Shown here in pieces: positions 51,803 through 62,426 of a stretch of 64,000 nt of DNA (the stretch's first letter is position 1; every line of letters begins with the position of its first letter). The position numbers and the translations under genes are program-made. This DNA is from a virus (taxonomy: Duplodnaviria; Caudoviricetes), in the IMG/VR virus record IMGVR_UViG_3300013936_000015, positions 32,001 to 96,000 of that record; one strand, 5' to 3'. Below the pieces are notes generated by a model. It had not been told where the DNA came from. It searched no databases and worked only from the letters and a program-made list of their open reading frames with translations.

Positions 51803-54547
51803 TTATGCTTGACGAATGATATAAGAACGATATGGATTGAAGACACAAACACCAGCAACACCCATAATAACCTTCTTAGAACCAGCTACAGGAGTGGCAA
51901 CTGCACCAGACTGATTACCATCAAGACCACCAACACCAGCAATAGTATTCTGGATAAACTGGCTGTCCTTAACAGTAAACTGAGCCATTGCAGGAGTACC
52001 ACTAGCCGCATCACTAGTCAAGTCCACAATAATTCCAAAGCCTCTATCAGGATATTCCTCAGTCAAAGCTCTATCAACAGTAATATTAATACTATTGCCC
52101 AAATAGTTATAACTGTCATAGCCCATAGGATTAACCTTAACAAAACCATTAGCCTTCATAGAATACATGAAAGAACCATCGGTCTTAAACTTAGCAAGAT
52201 AATCACCAAGAACACGGTTGATATCTGCATAAAGAATCTCATTAACAATGAGATTATAAGTATTACCCTGCGGCTTCTCTGCCTTACGATTCAAAGTTCT
52301 AAGAGCAGTATTCAAAGTCTCTAACATAAAGTTAACATATACACTCTTAGAAGCAAAACGTTCAATCTGAGGAATGATACCAGCACCAATATTTACTGGT
52401 CTGCCAGTAGCAGGATCAGAAATAGTACTCTTACCATTCTTATCCATAGAACTTCTATTCAAAAGAAGTCCCTTACCACGAGCCAACATAAAGTTGTCAA
52501 GAAGAATCTTCTCCTTAGTGTCTAACTGGAAGAAGGTCTCACCCTGACCCTTAGAACCAGCCATACGGATGAACTTGTCCTCCATAATAGCAAACTGGCT
52601 TGAATAATCAATATCATTACGGAAAGTGGTAAGATAATTACGCATCTTCTGAATGTTAGACTGAGATTTTACATACAATTATGTTATCAATATATTACTA
52701 TATTGTTCAGACTATATCTTTAATTATATAATGTATTTATATATATGTCCCTTCTATGTTTTATTAGTTCCATTTAACACTTTCCATACACTTGTTCCAT
52801 TTTCCTTAGCAGCAGCTGTTGCAGAATCATATAGCTTTACTAATTCTCCATTTAAAGTATATTTACCTACTCTCTTTTTACTATTAGTTCTACCTTTGGT
52901 TTTTGCAAAATATTCTGGAACTTTCACCAATGCCCATATATATCCATATTTATCAGGTTTTTTACTAATAATGGCTTTATTAAGATTATTTTTTGGAAAC
53001 TATTTTATAGCATCAATTTGTTTAAATTCCTATAAATATTTTCCATCAGAATCATATTGATAAATAGTTCTATTTAATGTATAAATAGTGTTGGCTTCAC
53101 TGTATGTGTTAGCCAATACAGTAGAAATTTTGTATCTACTATTTATAACACACCCAAAAAGTAGGGCCTAATGTATGGTAGACAGATGTAAATTTAATTT
53201 TTTTGCACACTCCATTTCTGAATTATAGGTTTTTATAAAGTTTCCAATACAATCATATATATATACTGGAACTTTATGATTATTTCCCTAATTATATAAT
53301 GATATGTCTAAACATTTCATCTTATCAGTGCTCCAAAAAGAATTACAAGATTTCTATTTAGAATATATTGCATGCTATATAGCCCCATGAGTAACATTAT
53401 TACTATCAGCAGCTTCTTTTATTGAAGAATATTCTTTTATAAAATTTCCTAAACAGTCATATTGAAATACTTTTACTTTAGGGGGAATCATATATTCTCC
53501 TCCAAGTATCATATTATAAACATCTGTTCGTTTCAAAAATTCTTCATTTACTATATAATATTCTAAATCATAAGCAGATTCAGCATCATCAAAAATCTAA
53601 ATAGTCTATCTTATAAATTTATCTGTACCATATTTTTTTACTGCACATTGAAAGTATGTTTTGGGATGTTTATAGGTATATGGCTAGTGTATGTTAATAC
53701 CACATCCTATATATCCATCAAAAACATCTGGAGTAAGTGTTTTATGTACTCCAACATATATTTTTTTGTTTACTAGATTAGTAGTTAAGTAAACAATCCA
53801 TTTATAATTAGTTTCCATTTCCATATTTTATATATGTAATCCTTGCGGATAGTCGTTAAACTTTATTATTAATTTGTTAGAAAATAACTAAAATAATAAC
53901 CTTAGCTGCTGATTGTCCCAATATCACAGGAATTTCCAGCAATTAAAAAACTTTATTTAATTTTACGCTACTAGTTTAGCAGCGGAGGAGAGCAATGTAA
54001 ACCTACCCTCCTCAGACATCTCAGGGAATGCATTGGACTGGAAGACTGTAAGATCACCGGGCATTGCACCGTCCATATTAATTACAGTATTGTAATCCTC
54101 ACTAATAATACGAGCTTGCAACTCATACAAGTTGGTAGCCCTCTTAATAGGATGACTTACAACAATAAACTGCTGGCGAGTCTTCTCAACCTTGAAAATA
54201 TCATACTTCTCATAATAACGATATGGGAAGAAGAATGTAATTTCAGTACCATCAGCACCATCACCCTCTGGAACAGCTGCAAAAGGTACTCTCTTAATCT
54301 CATTAGCATCAATCTGCCATTCTACCATAAAACTATCAACACTCTGGAACTTATTAGCCTTCTGCTTACTATTATAGAAAATGTTACCAAGAGCCTCAGT
54401 GTAATATGTGGCAGTACACTGTGGATACAATCTACTTACTAAACCTAAATTCTTAGGCTTATCTCCAAGAAATTTTAAAAAATTCTAATAGGTACGAGTT
54501 TCACCCTGATTAAACGAGGGATTTGAAACATAACCAATAGTTGCCAT
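51803..54547 (-). CDS. Major capsid protein (~471 aa). Exons 54547-54005 and 52675-51803
   Basis: Spliced junction FQSNAFPEMSEEG|YVKSQSNIQKMRNYLTTFRND; also GAGIIPQIE and GVCVFNPYRS, typical of crAss MCP. One TAG at codon 21. Confidence 0.88.
52676..54004 (-). mobile_element. Group I intron (1329 nt) in the major capsid gene
   Basis: U|...G| boundaries. P1 GAGGAGGGU pairs with GCUCUCCUC (plus 53985-53993) with a terminal U.G; P10 UUUACAU pairs with the 3' exon AUGUAAA. Core AAUUGCUGGAAA, AAUCAGCAGC, AACGACUA and AAGAUAUAGUC. Confidence 0.92.
52724..53824 (-). CDS. Intron-encoded GIY-YIG homing endonuclease with NUMOD1-type repeats (~366 aa, TAG=Gln)
   Basis: WIVYLTTNLVNKKIYVGVH...YIGCG...YNMILGG, then repeats such as VFQYDCLGNFIKEYSSIKEAA and VGKYTLNGELVKLYDSATAAA. 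Confidence 0.85.
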
Positions 54548-54566
54548 AAATTAATTAATTTAAAGT

Positions 54567-55586
54567 TTAAAAATCTATATCATCAATACTAACAGGTTTC
54601 TTTGTATTAGGATTAATCAATGGCTTATCTGGATTACGATTAATAACAACAGGCGGTTTATTTCCTGACTGCTTTAATCCTTCTTGATAACCAGCCTGCC
54701 GTGCATTCTTTGCTACCTGACTGATATAATCCTGTATTTGATCAAAAGTGTCTTGCCCATTTAACAAGAACCAACTGGCAGCAACAACATTCTATGGATC
54801 ACTAAGTGCTTTTTGTATATAACTAACACCAGCACCATCCTTACCCAAAATAAATTGAGCAAGCTGATCTTTGTCTTCATCAGTCATTTGAATATCCATA
54901 GAACCAATAGAATTAAAATTGTCTATAGAATCAAAAATCTGATTAGCCGCCTTCTAATACTGCTCTTGTTGCTAAGCCTGATATTCTGCTTGTTCCTCTT
55001 GATTTTTTTGATCCTCTAACCCCTTATATTCTTGTCTTAATCCAGCAATCTGTTTCTGATAAGTATCAGGATTTGCTTTAGCTACTTCAAGAGCATTTTG
55101 CAATTCCTCATCTGTCATATCCTTAGCACGAAGCTGCATATCAGCAAGATATAATTCATCATCTGACAAATTATCTACTGTATACATCTTAGGCTGGGGA
55201 GCCTGCTGCTGACCCTGACTATAAATATACTGTTGATACTCTTCTGGGGATAGACCATTATCTCTTAGATAATTAATAAATTCAATCTCACTATCATCTA
55301 ACCCATTCTCAGGTTCCTCATATTTAACATTAGGAGTTTTGAGAATATTAAACTTCTCATCCTCTGTTAAATCATTCCAAGACTTATTAACAACACCACC
55401 ATTGCCATCATCAAATTTAATATTATTAGAATCCTTAATTCCAATAGTTTTCAAATAATCTGAAATGGCATCATTGGTACTTGTATTATCTTCTTGGTGC
55501 TCTTCCTATTGAGGAACACTTTCTTCATTACTTTCTTGCTGATTATTCTACGAATAATCATCAAAATCCAAATCATCAAAATCCAT
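54567..55586 (-). CDS. Acidic protein upstream of MCP, putative scaffold (~339 aa, TAG=Gln)
   Basis: Starts MDFDDLDFDD and ends SIDDIDF. Fragments 55454 and 54767 are in frame. Coiled-coil character. Confidence 0.68.
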
Positions 55587-55693
55587 ATTAATCCGTATTA
55601 AACATTAAAAAATTAAAATCTCTAATTTATATTAGACATTTTATAAAATCACTCATTTGACCTTAATATAATTAATAATTATTTTTTATATTT

Positions 55694-56488
55694 TCAAATT
55701 TTTTTCACATAATTACCAATCATATTGGCAAGTTTTGTATAAAGTGGTTGACCAGAATCTCGGATACATAAATACAAAATTCCATCTTCCTTATAATATT
55801 TATCCTTATAAATTACAAGATTACCATCTGAAGGATAATCTATCGGATCATCTTTTGTACCCGACTGTTGCTCTACAATCTAAACATATAAAGAAGCAGT
55901 CTAAATAGAAGGAGGATATACCTCCTAAACAAGATGATCTTGAACAACCTTATACAATTTGTCGTCATATTGAATCTTTGTATCTTTCTTTATATTCTGA
56001 CCAATAAAAGATTCCCAAGTAGGATATAAAGACTTAACTTCAAGTGCTTGGCTATCTGTTAAAGACATAGTATTAATTGTCATAGACACAACCTTAAATA
56101 CATCTTTCTACCTAGGAGTCTATTGCACAATAGGCAAAGATTCCTCAATATTAAAATCCTTCTTTACATTGGATTTAATCTCTTTTAACAAATTAAGATA
56201 GGACTCATAATCTTCTGTCATATCTCCTCCCATCTAATAAAAATTATATGAGTTAATAAAGTCAAATTCTTCATCCTAACTCACATACTTTCTTAATACT
56301 CCTAAAACACATTTCTTATATGTAGGCTCTCCCTCTATTTTAACTGCAATAAAAGAATAACAAGAACCCGGAGTATCCTTCATTTCTTCCTATTTAATAT
56401 CATAATTATAAAACCAATATCCATTTTCTAAATCTATAAGAGTATTGGGTTTGATATTAGACTAATCTCTATTAGGATTTTCTACCAT
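55694..56488 (-). CDS. Protein with a C-terminal CBM5/12 (chitin-binding)-like module (~264 aa, TAG=Gln)
   Basis: LTDSQALEVKSLYPTWESFIG...IQYDDKLYKVVQDH...GTKDDPIDYP...KYYKEDGILYLCIRDS. Start overlaps the RT stop; ends TGA 55694. Confidence 0.6.
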
Positions 56489-57662
56489 AAATAATACAAT
56501 TTAAAGGATATTTACAAATTAATAGCTTATTAAAATTCTATACATTTCTACTCTTAATAGTATAGGAATTTTTCTTATATATATAATGGACTTCGTAATA
56601 TTTTGTTCGGGGAACAACTTCAATGATTCTAATATTACCTTTCTTAAAGTAGGCTGTTCCTCCATTCCAATTAGAAAAATGCAAACCAGTTAATTTCTCT
56701 ATCTTAAATAATAAATTCTTGGAATCACAATATTTCAACCACCCAAAATAAGAAGATAATTTTGAAGAAAGATCATCAAATGACAATTTATGCTGCTTAT
56801 ATTTATTTATAATTTTGAAGATTTTTTGTTTAATAGATTTCCTGATTTTTGTGTAATTATGATAAAACACATAACCTACAAAATCTATTCCCCTAGATTC
56901 TACAGGAAAAATTTGATAATTCCCCTTCACTTCCAGATTTAAAATATATTTCAAATAAATCTTGATTAAAATTAAATACTTTCTTAACTCTTCCTTATTA
57001 TCAGATAAAATAATAATATCATCGGCATATCTAAAATAATACCTAATTTTCACTTCCTCTTTTAACCAATGATCAAAATAACTTAAATATAAATTAGCAA
57101 AAAATTGAGAAAGATAATTGCCTATGGGAATACCATCAGTAGAATCAATTATCTCATCCAATAAATTTAATAACAGTTTGTCTTTTATCTTCTTCCTAAT
57201 TATTTGTTTAAGTATATCATGGTTAATAGAAGGATAGAACTTTCTTATGTCTAATTTTAGACAATAAGTAGTCCCGATTTTATCTTTTAATGCCTTCTTT
57301 ACATCCTATACACATTTATGAATACCCCTACCCTTTATACAAGAATATGTATTTTTTATAAAAATTTTATTCCATATATGTTCTAAGGTTAAAACAATAT
57401 CCCAATGTAAAATTCTATCTGGATAATAAGGTAATCTATAAATCTCCCGCTCTTTAGGCTCATAAATCTTATAAACATCATACTTAGATGTTTTATATGT
57501 TCCATTTATTAGTGACTTCTATAATTTCAGATAGTTCTCCTCTTTATGCCTGTCATGTTTAATAATTCCTATATTATTCTTTCCACGCCGAGCATTCGTA
57601 TCTGCAAGCTCTATCCTCTTTAAATCACAAATAAAAGGATATAAATTTCCAATACGTTTCAT
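56472..57662 (-). CDS. DGR reverse transcriptase (~396 aa, TAG=Gln)
   Basis: MKRIGNLY...YEPKEREI...YPDRI...YSCIKGRG...LKLDIRKFYPSI...GIPIGNYLSQ...YFRYADD. In-frame TAGs at 57519-21, 57306-08 and 56538-40. Confidence 0.93.
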
Positions 57663-57777
57663 TATGTTATTTTGGAATTTTCAATAAAAATACTTACTAA
57701 TACCATTTTTTTATAAAAACTACGATATCTTTTGCCAAGAGGCAAGGTTATTATATTAAAGATATTGTTTAAACATA

Positions 57778-57883
57778 ATAAGAGCGAAACCCGATATTCG
57801 ACTAGGAGACTAGAAGAGAATTGTTAGAGTTGAAATGAAACAACCTAGCATTAGACCAATTGTTAACGTTACTGCCTACTAGT
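57778..57883 (-). repeat. DGR template repeat (TR)
   Basis: Ungapped 106-bp match to 57935-58040. All 20 mismatches fall at TR adenines (minus strand). Rich in AAC/AAT codons. Confidence 0.95.
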
Positions 57884-57922
57884 ATATTAAGTTTCAATAT
57901 AATAACCTGTATTTAATATAAC

Positions 57923-60214
57923 TTATTTAAATATAGAAGAGCGAAACCCGAGAAGCGACCAGGAGACCAGAAGAGAATGGTCAGAGCTGAAATGAAACAA
58001 CCCAGCATCAGACCAAGAGTCAACGCCACCGCCCACCAGGCAGCTTCTAAGGTCCTCATCTGCTGTACCTACATAGTGATAATCACACAAACCTGTAGTA
58101 GTAGAGCCTTTAATGTCTATTGGGAAAATATTGCCCTCTGATCCTAAATCCATTTGAGTTGAATAGCCTGCCTAATGCAGTTCTTTTCCCACCTAATCCA
58201 TTGTTTTCATTGAGGTTCTATCATGCTCACTTCCGTCCGATTTACAGTACTTGTCAGGATCTCTCGTAGCATATACTGTATTATAAGAGCCTCCAGATTC
58301 ATTTGAAGCGTCAATAACAATTCCATCAAGATTAAGACTAACATCTCCAAATAAATTTTCATACCCTCTCCATTTAAATGGATATTCAGTATCTGCCGGA
58401 TAACTTAATTCTGTTGTTGTAGAACTGTCACAAAATACCGTGATATTACAACTTGTCTTGTCTGGATCAACTATATTATAACCTCCAGCATCTTTTATAT
58501 ATGTAAATCCCTCAATCTATATTCTAAACCCATTAAGAGTTATTGTTTGAGGAGTTTCTTGATTATCTTTTGTGAAAGTAATCTTATTAGTACTTGACTC
58601 CTATATTATCACTTTCTAATCATCTACCAGACCAGTAACATGAAAAGTAGCTTCTCCACTTCCATAAATAGCAGAATAACCCCAATAAGCATTTGGTCCA
58701 TATACATTCGTACAAGTAACTGACTGCCCATCAGAAGAAACTTTCCAACTACTAGAATAATCTAGTAATATCTTACTAGTAACAGAGGGCTGGTGATAAT
58801 ATCGTCCAATAGCATCTCTATTACCAAAATATATTTTCTATGTACTAACAGTAAATGCTGGAAGTTCTAATTTTTTAATATTAGTAGTACTGCCTAAATC
58901 ATCTAAATATCCATTAGGACATACAGAATAATAATTATTATATGATAATGGGTTATTTACAGTAGTAACTCCCATTCCCATTCCTCCTTGATGCAGTCCA
59001 CCTGCTGTAAGAGTAGATTTAAAACCAGCTTGAGAATTAAAAGTGGCATATTCAATCACCCATAACCAAACAATATCTTTATAGTTATAATAAGACATTA
59101 TTTCCATACCAGCATTTCTGCAATATGTTCTCATTATATTTCTATTGATAGCCGTTCTACATTTACCTAAGTCTGAACGGTATGGATCTGTTTTTAGATA
59201 TTTGTCATAATCAGTTCTATTGCCACCTCCTCTACAATAGGTACTTGTATTATTAATACTGACTGCTGAATTTACTGGTAAGGTACTTAAATACCCCATA
59301 TTTTTAGGTACAGTGTTTAATACTGTAATTCTGTATGCACTATCATATCTTGATGGTACTAAAGTCCATTCATTACCGAGATTCTCCTAAGCAATCTTTA
59401 CTTGATTATATGTATTATCTCCATCTTCCACATTAGTTTCACTTAGAATATAATACTGTGGTATATCTAACATTACTTGTCCATCATATCCTGATAAATC
59501 GGATCCTAAATAACACGTGAATGGAGTGTTAAAGACACCAGAAGTTTCCAGACTGGCTTCTACATTCATTCTAATAAATTTATCTGAAGTAGTAGCTGAA
59601 TCTAGAATAACTACCTCTGTAATCTTAAATGGTTGTTTAGTATCAAAATTATCTTTAATTTGAATCCAGTGATCAACTAATCGATTTTCAGCTTGTTCTA
59701 AATTAGAGATGTCTGAAAAGTTCTTTATATTGACGCTAACCTGTCCAGAAGCTGTTCCATTACTATATGTAATCTCTCCAGTCCCTTTAATCTCTGTGGC
59801 ATTTTTTCTGAATCTCCAATCTTTAGGATCTAAGTCATACATTTTTGTCTTAGAAGATTTAGTAGACTGGACAATACAAGCCTTTATCTAAGATTGGATA
59901 GGTAATTCTCTATGATAGTCAAAATTACCGATCCTTTCAAGAGTAGGATCTTTATATGTAGTAGACCATCTTACTCCATACCATTTATATACTACTGGTG
60001 GAGAATATGTTTTCCATATTGGCTTAGTTCCATCTGATTGTAAAAACAACCCATTACCACCTTCATAACCAGAAGGGACAAATAAAAAGTCTTTCCCCTG
60101 TGTTTTTATTTCTTCATATCCATTTTCTGAAACAAAAGCAATATCGGTGTCTTTAACATCTGTTTTAGTATTTAATCCAGATTTTGTTTTTGCATTTATA
60201 AGTCTTATAGCCAT
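57923..60214 (-). CDS. DGR target, putative receptor-binding/tail-fibre protein with a CLec-type C-terminus (~763 aa, TAG=Gln)
   Basis: Fragments 60214, 59842, 59299 and 58153 are in frame. WYGVRW, DGQVMLDIP, IEYATFNSQ, WRGYENLFGDV and a terminal GG...G...GFR motif. Confidence 0.85.
57935..58040 (-). repeat. DGR variable repeat (VR) at the 3' end of the target gene
   Basis: Encodes LVGGGVDSWSDAGLFHFSSDHSLLVSWSLLGFRS and differs from TR only at A positions. Confidence 0.95.
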
Positions 60215-60215
60215 A

Positions 60216-60395
60216 TCAATCTACGTTTACCCAATATACATATGTAGCGTTTGTCTCTACACTTTTTAATTTATCTTTCTCGTCTTTAGTATAATCATTA
60301 GAAGATAAATCATAACCCTCTCTTTTATCTACCTTTTCCTTTATTTTATTAACAAGTGCTGTAGTACCACCTGTGCTTAAATAATTATATGCCAT
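60216..60395 (-). CDS. Short fibre-repeat protein (59 aa)
   Basis: KVDKREGYDLSSNDYTKDEKDKL, a recurrent phage fibre motif. Confidence 0.55.
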   Translation of the reverse strand: MAYNYLSTGGTTALVNKIKEKVDKREGYDLSSNDYTKDEKDKLKSVETNATYVYWVNVD

Positions 60396-60396
60396 T

Positions 60397-61272
60397 TTAT
60401 GTTTTACCTAATTGAGTTATAATATTAACATAAGTTACACCATTATATGTAGCAGATATTTTTACACTCCGTGGATTAGTAGAAGTGTTATCAGACAGCC
60501 AAATATTCCAATAATTATCTGTACTAGTTACCCAATCGGGTTTACCATCAGGAAAGTCTAATACTCCCCAATTAGAAGAATACGCATCCTGCGGTTCTGA
60601 AGCTCCAGAGGTATAATAGCTCCAATTACCTACCGCTAATACTACTTCTGAACTAGCCCACCAGTCTTTATGTCCACCAAGTGATTCCATTTTATCGAAA
60701 TCCTTATAAACCTCACTATTACTTCCAAAATCCCAAGGAATATTAGATAAAGTAATTCCATCTTTTAATGGATAATCAAACTAAATGTCAATCCCATGAG
60801 TAACTTTCTCTAATTTGTTTTCTTCTTGAGATACTGAAATAGTTCCAGATGATTTATTCCCAAAATAATCAGTAATATTAACTAATAGGCTTACAGACCT
60901 TTCTTTTCCAATAACAGTTCCCCTATTATTAATATGTAAATTACCTTTTTCTAAAGTAATCCAATCTGGAATATCAGATATTTCTATATCTTTATATGAT
61001 TTTATATATGGAAATGTATTTACATTTAATGTAGTAACATCAATAGTTGGATTTTTTAAATATTCTATATCTGCAATATATTTATTAGAATACTCTGGAA
61101 TACTATATATAGAAGTCTATCCTCCTACTGCAGAAAAGGTAAAAGTAGACTATATAAATTTCAACTAATCACTTGTTATAATTGGATATAACGGCTGTAT
61201 GGAATATCCAGAAGACCATATCTGTTTATTATAATAAATATCATTTACTTGCTTGTCACCAATATATATCAT
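60397..61272 (-). CDS. BACON (Ig-like) repeat protein (~291 aa, TAG=Gln)
   Basis: Two units: FSAVGG...PDWIT...ERSVSL...ISVSQ and PDWVT...NTSTNPRSVKI...IITQ. Confidence 0.7.
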
Positions 61273-61490
61273 ACTGTTACCAAATAAATAGTATTCTTGT
61301 CCTTAGTAGCTAAAGCATTGTATTCCGATTGAGATATCTGTACTATTTTTAAACTAGAATTATTATTAGTAAGAGCATTTAATCTCTCAGATAATGATGT
61401 AATTGTAGTATTAAGAGTTGTAATCTATTTCTATAAATTTTTAATCTCCTCTGCCAACGCTTCAGTTCCTTTTAAACCCAAATATTTCAT
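61269..61490 (-). CDS. Short coiled-coil fibre-type protein (73 aa, TAG=Gln)
   Basis: Ends ISQSEYNALATKDKNTIYLV, a common fibre-tip motif. ATGA overlap with the next gene. Confidence 0.6.
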
Positions 61491-61500
61491 ATTTTTATAT

Positions 61501-61542
61501 AAAAAAAAGAGTACCCCCTTATAAAGGGGGTATTCTCTTTTT
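61501..61542. terminator. Intrinsic, possibly bidirectional terminator
   Basis: AAAAAAAAGAGTACCCCCTT-ATA-AAGGGGGTATTCTCTTTTT. Confidence 0.8.
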
Positions 61543-62392
61543 AAGCAAACATTGCAGTTACATCAGCGGCGGTAATTTCAACCATATCGTCTTTTGCCAC
61601 CTTAGTTGCAATAGCATCAGTATTAGCTTTTTCAGCAGCTTTTGCACGAGTAATTTCAGCAGCGAGATCGTCTGCATTACCCTTAATAGTGTGAGTAGGA
61701 GTCTATCCGGGATCCTCACCATAAATAGAGTTGATAGCAGAACGTCTATTAGTTACCTCTTCACCTACTTCAGTGTCAGTATACTCCTTAGCTTCTGCCA
61801 AACTATCGGTAATGGCTTTTGCATTAGCTGCTTCTGCAGCTTTTGCTCTAGTAACCTCGTTATCAATATTTGTCTGAAGTGTAGTATCTGCAGCTGTTCT
61901 ATCTTTAACCTCTTGTGCTAAATCACTAGACACTGTATTAACAGAAGTAGTAAGAGTTCCCTCTGCCTTTGTAGCACGAGTAGTTTCTGCAGTAATAGCA
62001 TCAGCATTCGCCTTTTCTGCCGCTTCTGCACGAGTCTTCTCTGCACCTACTTGTTTATCAGTATATGCCTTAGCATCCGCAAGTGCCTGATCACTAGTAT
62101 AAACAGCTTTCCAACCGTCAGCAGTCTTTCTACTCTCCCAATTTATTAATTGATAATAAGCACCATTTCCGTTCCCATCGGCATCAAGAACATACCATCT
62201 CTGACCAAGAGCATCATTATTGGTGTTCTTACCATCAATAGAAAGCTGCCAATCAAAAAGGCCATAAAGGGCTTCAAGATTACTTACTGATTTGTGACTA
62301 ATTACCTCATCTGCATATACAATACCATATCCAGTAGATGTAAGGTTATTTGAACGTAGGGTATTTGCCTAACTTAAACCAATTCTTGCCAT
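61541..62392 (-). CDS. Coiled-coil fibre protein (~283 aa, TAG=Gln)
   Basis: Repeated E..RA..AE..N..AI heptads; TAG at codon 8 and at 61703-05. Confidence 0.7.
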
Positions 62393-62426
62393 ATTATTTA
62401 TATTTCTTTTTAAAGGTTAATAATTA

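Noticed and set aside
53963-54004. C-terminal RFTLLSSAAKLVA of the supplied 155-aa ORF as real capsid sequence
   Set aside because: It is read-through into the intron's P1/P10 region.
56472-57662. RT as a group II intron maturase or retron
   Set aside because: The adjacent A-specific TR/VR pair and the GIPIGNYLSQ motif identify a DGR RT; no group II domain V was seen.
12300-57920. TATATTAA (minus strand) upstream of the intron ORF, the Gln-rich gene, the scaffold gene and TR as a late promoter
   Set aside because: An all-A/T 8-mer is expected many times by chance at this base composition; it cannot be supported without TSS data.
2720-61921. The many short plus-strand ORFs and alternative-frame minus ORFs in the supplied track (e.g. 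48212..48658, 51809..52324, 48250..48555)
   Set aside because: They are shadows of well-supported minus-strand genes and have no recognisable motifs.
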